A stretch of 38,223 nucleotides of DNA from an uncultured Erysipelotrichaceae bacterium (GCA_902783555.1 CACZRB010000073.1:1-38223); one strand, 5' to 3'. Numbered from the stretch's first letter, positions 8,826 through 18,631 are shown. Numbers and translations are program-made. The notes: generated from the letters alone by a model not told the origin.

Positions 8826-10601
8826 ATGGATCATATAAGAAATTTTTGTATTATAGCGCATATTGATCATGGTAAAAGTACTTTAGCTGATCGTATATTA
8901 GAAATAACAGGTGCTATAGATAAAAGAGAGATGAAAGATCAAATACTAGATAGTATGGATTTGGAAAGAGAAAGAGGTATTACAATTAAATTAAATGCTG
9001 TTGAACTACATTATAAAGGATACACTCTTCATTTAATTGATACTCCAGGCCATGTCGATTTTAGTTATGAAGTATCTCGTTCACTAGCTGCTTGTGATGG
9101 AGCTCTTTTAGTAGTAGATGCTGCTCAAGGAATTGAGGCTCAAACTCTTGCTAATCTATATTTAGCTTTAAATAATGATTTAAATATAATTCCCGTTATT
9201 AATAAAATTGATTTACCTAATGCTGATGTTCCTAAAGTTAAAAAAGAAATTATGGATGTTTTAGGATTTAGAGAAGATGAAATTCTTTTAGTATCTGGTA
9301 AAACTGGAGAAGGGGTACCTGAATTATTAGATGCTATAATTGAAAGAATAAATCCACCTAAAGAGTATATAGATAATAAAACAAGAGCCCTTATTTTTGA
9401 TTCTTATTTTGATTCATATCGTGGCGTTATAGCGTCAGTTTGCGTTAAATCTGGTGAAATAAAACGTGGAGATATGCTTATTATGATGAGTACTGGTGCT
9501 GAATATGAAGTAGTAGAAATGGGCGTAAATACTCCTAAAGAAAAACTAATTGATAAATTATCTACTGGGTCAGTAGGTTGGGTTTCAGGTAGTATTAAAA
9601 CAATAGATACCGTAAGAGTTGGAGATACCATTACAACTAAAGAAAATAGAGCAGATACTCCACTTTCTGGTTATAAAGCAATGAAGCCAATGGTTTATAG
9701 TGGAATATATCCAATTGAACCAAATAAATATGAAGCCCTAAAAGAAGCTTTAGAAAAGTTAAAATTAAATGATGCATCTCTTGTCTTTGAACCAGAAACT
9801 AGTGAAGCTTTAGGCTTTGGTTTTCGCTGTGGCTTTTTAGGACTTTTACATATGGATATTATTGAAGAGAGAATAAGAAGAGAATTTAATATAGATATTA
9901 TAGCTACTAGTCCTTCAGTTATTTATAAAGTTACTTTAACTAATGGAGAAGAAATAGAAGTAGATAATCCATGTGAAATGCCAGATAAAGTTAAAATAGA
10001 AAGTATTAGTGAACCATTCGTAAAAGCAAGTATTTTAGTACCAAGTTCATATATAGGACCAATTATGGAATTATGTCAAGATAAACGTGGGATATATAAA
10101 ACAACTGAATATATTGATAGTACTAGAGTTAATATAATTTATGAGCTTCCACTAGCTGAAATAGTTTATGATTTCTTTGATAAATTAAAAAGCTATACTA
10201 AAGGTTACGCATCATTTGATTATGAATTATCAGATTATAAAGTTAGTAATTTAGTTAAAATGGATATTCTAATTAATGGAGAAGTAGTTGATGCTCTTAG
10301 TATAATAGTTCATAAAGATGCAGCATATTCACGTGGTATGCAAATAACTAAATCACTTAGAACTCTAATTCCAAGGCAATTATTTGAAGTACCTATTCAA
10401 GCATCTTTAGGTTCTAAGGTAATAGCTCGCGAAACTATAAGCGCCATGAAGAAAAATGTTTTAGCTAAATGTTATGGTGGAGATGTTACAAGAAAAAGAA
10501 AACTATTAGAAAAACAAAAAGAAGGTAAAAAACGTATGAAAATGGTAGGATCTGTTGAAGTACCACCAGAAGCATTCTTATCTGTTTTAAGTAATAATTA
10601 G
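8826..10601 (+). CDS. lepA: Translation elongation factor 4 (LepA)
   Basis: [35 protein letters not shown]-motifs and the LepA C-terminal domain ([25 protein letters not shown]). Confidence 0.97.
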   Translation: MDHIRNFCIIAHIDHGKSTLADRILEITGAIDKREMKDQILDSMDLERERGITIKLNAVELHYKGYTLHLIDTPGHVDFSYEVSRSLAACDGALLVVDAAQGIEAQTLANLYLALNNDLNIIPVINKIDLPNADVPKVKKEIMDVLGFREDEILLVSGKTGEGVPELLDAIIERINPPKEYIDNKTRALIFDSYFDSYRGVIASVCVKSGEIKRGDMLIMMSTGAEYEVVEMGVNTPKEKLIDKLSTGSVGWVSGSIKTIDTVRVGDTITTKENRADTPLSGYKAMKPMVYSGIYPIEPNKYEALKEALEKLKLNDASLVFEPETSEALGFGFRCGFLGLLHMDIIEERIRREFNIDIIATSPSVIYKVTLTNGEEIEVDNPCEMPDKVKIESISEPFVKASILVPSSYIGPIMELCQDKRGIYKTTEYIDSTRVNIIYELPLAEIVYDFFDKLKSYTKGYASFDYELSDYKVSNLVKMDILINGEVVDALSIIVHKDAAYSRGMQITKSLRTLIPRQLFEVPIQASLGSKVIARETISAMKKNVLAKCYGGDVTRKRKLLEKQKEGKKRMKMVGSVEVPPEAFLSVLSNN

Positions 10602-10608
10602 GAGGATT

Positions 10609-10938
10609 ATGGCAAGTTTTGAAGATTTTTTAAAATTAGACATTAGGGTAGGCACTATTATAGAGGCTAAAGTTTTTGAAAAGGCTAAAAAGCCTGCTTA
10701 TCAATTGAAAATAGATTTAGGTAGTAAAATAGGTATTAAAAAAACATCTGCTCAAATTACAAATCTATATAAACCAGAAGATTTAATTGGCAAACAAGTT
10801 TTAGCTGTTGTAAATTTTCCTCCTAGACAAATTGCTGACTTTATGAGTGAAGTTTTAGTACTAGGAACTTATAGTGAAGGTGGAGTAATTTTAATAACTC
10901 CTGATAAACCAGCCCAAAATGGAGATAAATTAGGTTAA
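10609..10938 (+). CDS. csaA: tRNA-binding-domain protein, CsaA-like
   Basis: Collinear with my recollection of B. subtilis CsaA: FEKLDIRVGTI, AYQLKIDLGS.IGIK.SSAQIT..YKPE.LIGKQV.AVVNFPPR.IA.F.SEVLVLG. Confidence 0.85.
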   Translation: MASFEDFLKLDIRVGTIIEAKVFEKAKKPAYQLKIDLGSKIGIKKTSAQITNLYKPEDLIGKQVLAVVNFPPRQIADFMSEVLVLGTYSEGGVILITPDKPAQNGDKLG

Positions 10939-10939
10939 T

Positions 10940-11479
10940 ATGAGATGTAAATGGGTAAACTTAAATAATCCCCTATATATAGAATATCATGATAAGGAAT
11001 GGGCAGTTCCTTCTTATTCTGATAGATATTTATTTGAAATGCTAGTATTAGAGAGCTTTCAGGCTGGGCTTTCTTGGGAATGTATCTTAAATAAAAGAGA
11101 AAGTTTTAGAGAATCTTTTGATAACTTTGATTATAAAAGGGTTGCTAATTATAATGAAGAAAAAATTATTAATCTTATGAATAATCCTAATATAATAAGA
11201 AATAAATTGAAAATTATATCTGCTATTAATAATGCTAGAATCTTTATGAATATTCAAAAAGAATATGGCTCTTTTTCAAATTATATATGGCATTTTACAA
11301 ATAACAAAATTATTAAAAATGTTGATGATAATTTTAAAACTACTTCTAGTTTATCAGATGAAATAAGTATTGATTTAAAAAAGCGTGGAATGAAGTTTGT
11401 GGGAAGTACAATTATCTACTCTTATTTACAAGCCATAGGAGTTATAAATGATCATGAACTTAATTGTGCTCTTTATTAA
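10940..11479 (+). CDS. tag: DNA-3-methyladenine glycosylase I
   Basis: MRCKWV...PLYIEYHDKEWAVP...LFEMLVLESFQAGLSW..IL.KRE..R..F, a C-terminal FVG.TI.YS.LQA.G..NDH and the Cys/His zinc ligand pattern, as in E. coli Tag. Confidence 0.92.
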   Translation: MRCKWVNLNNPLYIEYHDKEWAVPSYSDRYLFEMLVLESFQAGLSWECILNKRESFRESFDNFDYKRVANYNEEKIINLMNNPNIIRNKLKIISAINNARIFMNIQKEYGSFSNYIWHFTNNKIIKNVDDNFKTTSSLSDEISIDLKKRGMKFVGSTIIYSYLQAIGVINDHELNCALY

Positions 11480-11513
11480 ATTATGATAATATTAATATGG
11501 TAGGTGCGTAGTA

Positions 11514-12596
11514 ATGAATCATGTTTATATTCATATCCCTTTCTGTAAAAGTATTTGTTCTTACTGTGATTTTTGCAAAATGTTTTATGATAAGAATATT
11601 GCAAATACATATTTAGATAATTTAAAGAAAGAAATAGAAGAATACTATGAAGATGAAGAAATTAATACTTTATATATTGGAGGAGGTACTCCTTCAAGTT
11701 TAGATTTTGATTTACTAGATAAATTATTTAATATTATTAAAATATTTAAATTAGCCGATAATTATGAATTTACATTTGAATGTAATCCAGATGATATAAA
11801 TGAATTCTTAGTTAAAAAATTAGCATCTAATGGTATTAATCGAATAAGTATAGGAGTAGAATCTTTTAATAAAGAAAAACTTAAATTTATGGAAAGATGC
11901 GCTGATTTTGATGATATTAGAACTAAAATGAATCTATTAAGATATTATGGTATAAATAATATTAATCTTGATTTAATGTATGGTATTCCTGGAGAAACTT
12001 TAGAAGTCTTAAAGAAGGATGTTAAGTTATTCTTAAAATTAAATCCTAATCATATTAGTACTTATTCATTAATTATTGAAGATCATACTAAAATCAAAAT
12101 AGCAAATATTCAAAATATATCAGAAGATTTAGAAGTAAAAATGTATGAATACATTTGCAAAAAATTAGCATCTAAAGGATTTAATCATTATGAAGTTTCT
12201 AACTTTGCTACTAAAAATTATGAATCTAAACATAATTTAGCATATTGGAATAACGAAGAATACTTTGGTTTTGGTCTTGGAGCATCTGGCTATATAAATG
12301 GATTTAGATATGATAATACTCGCAATATTAAAGAATATACAGAAGGTAAATATCATGCCAGTGAAGCATTATTATCTAAAAGAGAAGTAATGGAATATGA
12401 GGTAATGCTTGGCTTAAGAAAAATGGAAGGTATAAACTTACAAGAATTTTTTGATAAATATGATGTTAATATGCAAGAAGTATTTCCTATTAAGCCATTA
12501 GTACGTAATAAAGATTTGATCTATAAAAATGGTTATATTTATATTAATCCAGAAAAAATATATGTTATGAATGAAATATTAAATAAGATGATATAA
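11514..12596 (+). CDS. hemW: Radical SAM family heme chaperone HemW (HemN-like, oxygen-independent coproporphyrinogen oxidase family)
   Basis: HIPFCKSICSYCDFC (CxxxCxxC radical-SAM motif), YIGGGTPS, and the HemN C-terminal domain. It follows lepA as in the conserved Firmicute gene order. Confidence 0.9.
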   Translation: MNHVYIHIPFCKSICSYCDFCKMFYDKNIANTYLDNLKKEIEEYYEDEEINTLYIGGGTPSSLDFDLLDKLFNIIKIFKLADNYEFTFECNPDDINEFLVKKLASNGINRISIGVESFNKEKLKFMERCADFDDIRTKMNLLRYYGINNINLDLMYGIPGETLEVLKKDVKLFLKLNPNHISTYSLIIEDHTKIKIANIQNISEDLEVKMYEYICKKLASKGFNHYEVSNFATKNYESKHNLAYWNNEEYFGFGLGASGYINGFRYDNTRNIKEYTEGKYHASEALLSKREVMEYEVMLGLRKMEGINLQEFFDKYDVNMQEVFPIKPLVRNKDLIYKNGYIYINPEKIYVMNEILNKMI

Positions 12597-12630
12597 TAAT
12601 ACTTGTATGATAGTTAATAATTGTTGTATA

Positions 12631-12660
12631 ATCACACTATAGAGTAGGTGTGATTTTTCT
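12631..12660 (+). terminator. Rho-independent terminator after hemW
   Basis: Stem ATCACAC/GTGTGAT with a 10-nt loop, followed by TTTTCT. Confidence 0.65.
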
Positions 12661-12744
12661 ATGGAAAAAAGAAATAGATTAATAGCAGCATTTTCAATAT
12701 TTGCATTAGTATTACTTATGGTAGGAATAACATATGCCATTTAA
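12661..12744 (+). pseudogene. Remnant of the signal-peptide end of a TYAYF-family surface-protein gene
   Basis: Encodes MEKRNRLIAAFSIFALVLLMVGITYAI*. This is the family n-region, h-region and GITYA motif, but it stops at the cleavage-site motif. There is no RBS (it directly abuts the terminator) and no downstream similarity. Confidence 0.5.
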
Positions 12745-12852
12745 CTTCATTATATTTAAGCATATTGGTTACAAGTTCTACAAAAACATGGCTAACTATA
12801 TATGAGCGTATAGTTCTATTTCTTATACAAAATTAATATTATTAATAGATAC

Positions 12853-12880
12853 TTGAAAAAAATATGATTTATGATACAAT
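12853..12880 (+). promoter_or_regulatory. Promoter with extended -10 (TTGAAA-16-TGaTACAAT)
   Basis: TTGAAA at 12853-12858, TG at 12872-12873 and TACAAT at 12875-12880. RBS AAGAGGT precedes ATG 12905. Confidence 0.55.
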
Positions 12881-12904
12881 GTTTATAGTAAAAGAGGTTG
12901 TTAA

Positions 12905-14296
12905 ATGAAAATAAAATATTTTTTATTTGGAATACTAACTAGTTTAAGTTTTGCTACAATAGTAAATGCTGCAACTCTAGAACTTAAAACTGATGATAAA
13001 TTAGTAATTAATGAAAAGAATAATATAAAAGTATATGTAAATTTAAAATTGGATGAATCTGAAGAATTGGAAAATATTTCTTTTGATTTAGACTTTAATA
13101 GTGAATTATTAACTATTAGCGCCGTCGAAAATGAAAATGGATATGCCCAAGTTTATAAAGCTGGTACAGCCCAATTGTATAATGCTAAAGATTTTATAGA
13201 TGGTACAGTTATGTCATTTAATGTTACAAATATTTCATCAGAGGATGGTACAGCTCAAATTGGTATTAAAAATATTAAAGTAAAACATAAAGACGAAGAA
13301 GTTAAAGAATTAGAATATGAAGTTAAGCCTTTAAATGTTACTTTAAAAAAAGAGGTAACAACTACAACTAGAGCTTTAAATACAAGTGCTGAATTAAAGG
13401 GAATTAAACTTAATAATAATGCAACATTAAAACCAGCTTTTTCTAAAGATATAACAGAATATAAAATATATATTAGTAAAGATACTATTAAACAAGTTAC
13501 CATATCTCCACAATTTGAACAAAGTGGTGTTCAAATGGAAGTAGAGTGTACTTTAGGATGTACTCCAGTAGATAACGCTATGAATAAGTTAAACTTAGTT
13601 ATTGGAAAAAATGAAGCTACGTATACATTTACTTCAGAAGATGGTAAAGATAAAAAAGTTTATAAATTCATAATATATCGTGGTGCTACTACTGATGGAT
13701 CAAATCTACTAGCAGATTTAAAAATTGATGGATATGAAATAAAAGAAAAATTTGATAAATCTAAATTGGATTATACCGCAACAGTACCATATTCTACTGA
13801 AAAATTAACTGTTGTAGCTACCCCAGAAGATTCTAATGCCGATGTTAGCATAAAGGGAAATGATAGCTTATCAGTTGGTGAAAATGTAATTACAGTTACA
13901 GTTACTAGCACAGAAACTGAAGAGAAAAAAATCTATAATATTACCGTTACTAGAGAAGACTTTGTTCCAGATGAAGAAAATACTACTGCTGTAACCCCTA
14001 AGATTGAAAAAACAGAACTACCTAAAAAGAATAATAATATAAAACTTATTATTATAATTGGTGTAATTAGTACACTTATTATAGGAGTAGCAGCATATTT
14101 TATATTCTTCTATAAAGGAAAGAATAAAAAGAATAAGTCTAAAGATACTAATTTAGAAGTAAATAATACTCCTAAAATTCAAAATTCATTAATTGATGAA
14201 GACATTGAACCAACTAGTGTAGATGATGCACTTAAAGATTTAATGGCTACTAAAGAAATGAGTGAAATTGATGATGAAACTACTTTAAATAAGTAG
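12905..14296 (+). CDS. Secreted, C-terminally TM-anchored surface protein with two cadherin-like beta-sandwich repeats
   Basis: Sec signal peptide with VNA/A cleavage. Two repeats fit the Cadherin-like (PF12733-type) pattern: AELKGIKLNNNATLKPAFSKDITEYKIYI... and LADLKIDGYEIKEKFDKSKLDYTATVPYSTEKLTVVATPEDSNADVSIKG...GENVITVTVTS...KIYNITVTRE. One TM helix (IKLIIIIGVISTLIIGVAAYFIFF) is followed by a K-rich, then acidic, cytoplasmic tail. The N-terminal domain may be cohesin-like, with low confidence. Confidence 0.8.
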   Translation: MKIKYFLFGILTSLSFATIVNAATLELKTDDKLVINEKNNIKVYVNLKLDESEELENISFDLDFNSELLTISAVENENGYAQVYKAGTAQLYNAKDFIDGTVMSFNVTNISSEDGTAQIGIKNIKVKHKDEEVKELEYEVKPLNVTLKKEVTTTTRALNTSAELKGIKLNNNATLKPAFSKDITEYKIYISKDTIKQVTISPQFEQSGVQMEVECTLGCTPVDNAMNKLNLVIGKNEATYTFTSEDGKDKKVYKFIIYRGATTDGSNLLADLKIDGYEIKEKFDKSKLDYTATVPYSTEKLTVVATPEDSNADVSIKGNDSLSVGENVITVTVTSTETEEKKIYNITVTREDFVPDEENTTAVTPKIEKTELPKKNNNIKLIIIIGVISTLIIGVAAYFIFFYKGKNKKNKSKDTNLEVNNTPKIQNSLIDEDIEPTSVDDALKDLMATKEMSEIDDETTLNK

Positions 14297-14369
14297 GTTT
14301 TTACATTTAATTAAGTCTTTAAATTTCTATTATTATGTTATATAATATTTATAGAATAGGAGAGTATAA

Positions 14370-16064
14370 ATGAAAAAAGGTTTTATTGCTACAACGTTAA
14401 TATATTCTTTCTTTTTAATATTTTGTGCTGTCTTATTAAGCTATATTGGTATTAGTATGCATAATAAAAATTTATTAAATAAGGCTAATGAAAATATTAG
14501 AAATGATATTGCTGAAAAAATTGTTGGAAATATAGATATTGGTTCTTTTGTAACATTAGATTTATCTACTTCATTAGTTGATACTAAAGATGTAGATTGG
14601 ATAGTTTTTAATAATAGTAATGGAGTTACAGAATTAGTATCTTCTGCAATAATATTTTCTAATGATGATATTGATTATATAAAAAATAATGTTCAATCAT
14701 TTCATAATGCATGTTTATCTAAAACTACAAGAATATTATCACATGATGATTTATATACAATTATTAAAAATAACGTTAGTACCATAAGAATGTTAAAATC
14801 TATAGTAAATGTTGATAATGCTAATAATAGTATCGATTATTTACTAGTTAATGGTAATAATGTTGAAAAATATACTTTTAATGAGCCAAGTAGTGATACT
14901 ATATCATTAAATGAATATATATCTGCAGTTCTAGCAGACAGTAATATAAGTACATATAATACTGGTGATAATATGAATGTTAGATTAGTAATAACTATTC
15001 CTAATAATATAAAAATAATAGGTGGTAGTGGAAGCTCATCTAATCCATATCGTATTTCAACTAGTACTTGTTATGAAGATATGTCTTTAGTTAATAAAAT
15101 TATTGGTAATGGCTATGATAATAAGAATAATTATACTATTCCGGGAGTAGATGTATCTATAAGAGATGAAGGATTACGTACTACACAAGATGATTATGGA
15201 ATCAGCTATTATTTTAGAGGAACTGTGGATAACAACTATTTATTATTTGCTGGTAAATGCTGGAGAATAGTAAGAATTACTGGTAATGGTGCCATAAAAT
15301 TAATACTTTATAATAATAATAATAGCAATTGTAATATTTCGGATAATTCAGGCTATATTATGGAAAATAGTCAACCTATTTTAAGTGCATATAATGCTAA
15401 TTCTAATAGTAATACCTATATTGGTTTTATGTATAATGTTAATGGAACAAATTATACTCAAACTCATACTAATACTAATGATAGTACTATACTTCAAAAA
15501 TTAAAAGTTTGGTATGATGGTGCATTTTCTAATGAGCAAAAGAATAAACTTGCTGATGTTATTTGGTGCAATGACAAATCTATTAATACCTCCCTTTATA
15601 ATGGTTATGGTAGAAATACTACTTATTATTTAGGTGAAAAAAGAGGAAATGATCCAACAAATAATCCTCCTTCACTAATATGTCCATCATCTAATGATAC
15701 AACAAAAAAACTATCTAAATTCACTGGCTCTGATACTATTAATGGTAATGGCTCTTTAAAAGGGTATAAAGTTGGAATTTTAACCGCCGATGAAGTAGCG
15801 TATGCCGGCCTTAGTGGCAATAACAATACTAATAATCCAGCAAGTTCGTATTTACTTCAAGGGGCATCTTTATCATGGTGGACATTGACCCCAAGATATT
15901 TTAATACAAATGCATTTATTTATTATGTAAATAATGTTGGTAGATTAAACTCAACTAATGCAAATGTTAATAATACTATTAGTATTCGTCCATCTATAGC
16001 TCTTAATGCTAATACATTAGTTACAGGTGCTGGTACTATTAATGATCCATATGTGGTACAGTAG
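14370..16064 (+). CDS. Large pseudopilin-like protein (ComGG-like GFI N-terminus without Glu+5) with conserved four-Cys C-terminal domain
   Basis: The N-terminus MKKGFIATTLIYSFFLIFCAVLL resembles minor-pseudopilin leaders such as my recollection of B. subtilis ComGG (RGFIYPAVL). The C-terminal ~327 aa (nt 15081-16061) are paralogous to 16637-17635. RBS AGGAGAG. Confidence 0.8.
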   Translation: MKKGFIATTLIYSFFLIFCAVLLSYIGISMHNKNLLNKANENIRNDIAEKIVGNIDIGSFVTLDLSTSLVDTKDVDWIVFNNSNGVTELVSSAIIFSNDDIDYIKNNVQSFHNACLSKTTRILSHDDLYTIIKNNVSTIRMLKSIVNVDNANNSIDYLLVNGNNVEKYTFNEPSSDTISLNEYISAVLADSNISTYNTGDNMNVRLVITIPNNIKIIGGSGSSSNPYRISTSTCYEDMSLVNKIIGNGYDNKNNYTIPGVDVSIRDEGLRTTQDDYGISYYFRGTVDNNYLLFAGKCWRIVRITGNGAIKLILYNNNNSNCNISDNSGYIMENSQPILSAYNANSNSNTYIGFMYNVNGTNYTQTHTNTNDSTILQKLKVWYDGAFSNEQKNKLADVIWCNDKSINTSLYNGYGRNTTYYLGEKRGNDPTNNPPSLICPSSNDTTKKLSKFTGSDTINGNGSLKGYKVGILTADEVAYAGLSGNNNTNNPASSYLLQGASLSWWTLTPRYFNTNAFIYYVNNVGRLNSTNANVNNTISIRPSIALNANTLVTGAGTINDPYVVQ

Positions 16065-16072
16065 GTGATAAA

Positions 16073-17638
16073 ATGAAAATAAGAAATAATAAAGGTTTTG
16101 TTATGATAGAAACTATTATTGTTATGAGCATTCTTGCCTTAGGGTTAATATCATTATATACATCTTATGTATTAATAATGAAAAGAACTCAAAATAGTAA
16201 TAGTGATAGTGCTACAAATACTTATATTGCATATCAAATTAATAACTATAAGATTTATGAATATGCATCTAATATTGATACACCATATTATGTAGAAATA
16301 TATAGACTAGGTAATTATTATTTAAAAAGGGACTGTGGTATTTTAGGTGAAGCTATAACATGTAGTGAATCAACTGTATTAGATACTGAAGAAATAAATA
16401 TATTTTTAAATTTAAATATAGAAAAAATATATTATATAACTAGGACTTTAAGGGATGTATTTGATGATAATATAATTCTTTTATTTGATGGAAGTACAAT
16501 AAATTATTTAAATAAAATTAAAAATGATGTTTATATTAATAATAGTGCTGAAAGAACTGTTATAGTTAAAACTAAGGAAAATTCTGAAACTAAATTTTCA
16601 TTTTATCAGCAAGAAACTAATTATGAAACTAAAAATATTAGAAGAATACTTCTTGGCGAAAATAATAGTAATGTTTCTAATGCAGTAACAGTTCCAGGTA
16701 TTAGTTTATCTAATGCAAGTGAAAATGTTATAGCAACAACTATGGATGATAGTGGTTTAAGTTATTATTACAGAGGAAATGTTCAAAATAATTATTTAGT
16801 ATTTGCTAATATGTGCTGGCGAATAGTAAGAATAACAGGGAATGGTTCAATAAAATTAGTCCTATATAATGCTAATGATGATTCTTGTAATATTAATAGT
16901 TCTAGTTTTGCCTTTGCTAAGTATAATAATGTTTCCAGTACAACAGTGTTTAATTTAAATTCTGCCTATAATAGTTATATTGGTTATATGTATAGTGATA
17001 AAGCAAATTCTAATGATTATTCAGAAAATCATTTAAATAATAAAGATAGTACAATTTTGACAAGATTAAAAGGATGGTATGACAATAAATTTTCTAATAA
17101 TGAGAAAAAGTTATTAGCTGATGTGATATGGTGTAATGATAAAAGAGTAGTAGCTTCAGTATCTTATAATCCTAATGGGTTACAAAATCTAAGAGGTACG
17201 GGTGTAAAAAATGATGCTTCTTATTATCAAACATCTATGAGAATTAATCCATATACAAGTTCTAATCCAACTCTTTCATGCGGTGGAGGAGACAATGCTA
17301 TTTCTAAGTTTACTTCATTTTCTAATTTAAAGGGTTATAAAATAGGTTTACTAACTGCCGATGAAGTAGTCTTTGCAGGTTCTAATGCTAATGCTAGTGG
17401 GACGAATAATACTTATTATTTATATCAAAATGCCCAAAGTAATCGTTATTGGACTATTAGCCCTGCATATTTTAATGGTAGTAATGCATTTATGTGGATT
17501 GTTAATCGTAATGGCGTTTTAACTACTACGAATGTTAATGATGATAGTATTGCTTTAAGACCAGCAATTGCATTACTTCCATCAGTAAACGTAATTGGAT
17601 CTGGGACAGCAAATGATCCATATATAGTTATTGAATAA
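16073..17638 (+). CDS. Large type IV pilin/pseudopilin-like protein (canonical prepilin cleavage/methylation motif) with conserved four-Cys C-terminal domain
   Basis: MKIRNNKG/FVMIETIIVMSILALGLISLY fits the class III signal consensus (K/R)G-F(T/V)(L/M)IE, with Glu at +5. It lies 8 nt after the previous stop and has RBS AGGTGA. Shared C-domain motifs: YY(F/Y)RG.V.NNYL.FA..CWRIVRITGNG.IKL.LYN, DSTIL..LK.WYD..FSN..K..LADVIWCNDK, LKGYK.G.LTADEV..AG, IRP.IAL, G.GT.NDPY.V. Confidence 0.85.
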   Translation: MKIRNNKGFVMIETIIVMSILALGLISLYTSYVLIMKRTQNSNSDSATNTYIAYQINNYKIYEYASNIDTPYYVEIYRLGNYYLKRDCGILGEAITCSESTVLDTEEINIFLNLNIEKIYYITRTLRDVFDDNIILLFDGSTINYLNKIKNDVYINNSAERTVIVKTKENSETKFSFYQQETNYETKNIRRILLGENNSNVSNAVTVPGISLSNASENVIATTMDDSGLSYYYRGNVQNNYLVFANMCWRIVRITGNGSIKLVLYNANDDSCNINSSSFAFAKYNNVSSTTVFNLNSAYNSYIGYMYSDKANSNDYSENHLNNKDSTILTRLKGWYDNKFSNNEKKLLADVIWCNDKRVVASVSYNPNGLQNLRGTGVKNDASYYQTSMRINPYTSSNPTLSCGGGDNAISKFTSFSNLKGYKIGLLTADEVVFAGSNANASGTNNTYYLYQNAQSNRYWTISPAYFNGSNAFMWIVNRNGVLTTTNVNDDSIALRPAIALLPSVNVIGSGTANDPYIVIE

Positions 17639-17653
17639 AGGAGAATATGAATT

Positions 17654-18061
17654 ATGAGTTTAGATATGTTTATTGAATATATATCAAGGTTATATGATGG
17701 GGATAATTTGTCTTTAGAAGAATTAAAAAATCTTGATATTAAAGCTAGTAGTTTAATAGATTTAATGGAAAAAGATGAAATTGATTATGATACACAAAAC
17801 GCTATAGATTTATATATATCATATTTTGATGGTGAACGTTATTTAGATGGTGAAAAAACTAAGAATGTTTTAAATTACTATCGAATTATTGAAGATAAAA
17901 ATAATAAAAAATTAGCTGCTGAAAAGGAAAATAAAACTAGAACATTACGTATTAAACCAATTAATAGTGATGGAGTTATTAGTGCAGTAACTATTATTGA
18001 AGCTGTAGTTGTAATTGGAATGCTATTAGCATTTTTAACTCTTGCTTTACTTAAAATATAA
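17654..18061 (+). CDS. Tail-anchored small protein (acidic soluble N-domain, single C-terminal TM helix), unknown function
   Basis: 135 aa. RBS AGGAG at 17639-17643 lies 10 nt from the ATG. The C-terminus GVISAVTIIEAVVVIGMLLAFLTLALLKI is a terminal TM segment. I recognise no family. Confidence 0.65.
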   Translation: MSLDMFIEYISRLYDGDNLSLEELKNLDIKASSLIDLMEKDEIDYDTQNAIDLYISYFDGERYLDGEKTKNVLNYYRIIEDKNNKKLAAEKENKTRTLRIKPINSDGVISAVTIIEAVVVIGMLLAFLTLALLKI

Positions 18062-18091
18062 TGTATAATAATATTAAGAAAGAGGAATAAT

Positions 18092-18631
18092 ATGGATATA
18101 TTAAATGAAACTGAAACTAAAATGAAAAATGCAATTTCTGCAATGGAATCAAGATTTTTAAATGTAAGAGCTGGGCGTGCTAATCCTGCTATGCTAAATG
18201 GTATTATGGTAGAATACTATGGGGCTCCAACACCACTTCAAAGTTTAGCTAATATTACTGTTCCAGAAGCAAGACAATTATTTATTAAACCATTTGATAG
18301 AGGAATATTAAAAGATATTGAAAGAGCTATTAATGAAGCTAATTTAGGAATTACGCCAACTAATAATGGTGAAATGATAATTTTAACTATTCCTGAACTT
18401 ACTGAAGAAAAGAGAAAAGAATATGTTAAACAAGTAAAATCTATTGCAGAAGAAACTAAAATAGCTTTACGTAATGCCAGAGAAGATGCCAGAAATAATA
18501 TAAAAAGACAAGAACTTCCTGAAGATGAAACTAATTCTTATTATGATGATATTCAGGATTTAATTAATGAATATAATAAAATAATTGATGAAAAGAGTAA
18601 AGTTAAAGAGCAAGAGTTAATGACTGTATAA
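18092..18631 (+). CDS. frr: Ribosome recycling factor
   Basis: R.GRANP..L..I.VEYYG..TPL.Q.A.I.VPE.R.L.I.P.D, LG..P.NDG and LTEE.R...VK are all characteristic of Frr. It lies 30 nt after the preceding gene. Confidence 0.95.
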   Translation: MDILNETETKMKNAISAMESRFLNVRAGRANPAMLNGIMVEYYGAPTPLQSLANITVPEARQLFIKPFDRGILKDIERAINEANLGITPTNNGEMIILTIPELTEEKRKEYVKQVKSIAEETKIALRNAREDARNNIKRQELPEDETNSYYDDIQDLINEYNKIIDEKSKVKEQELMTV

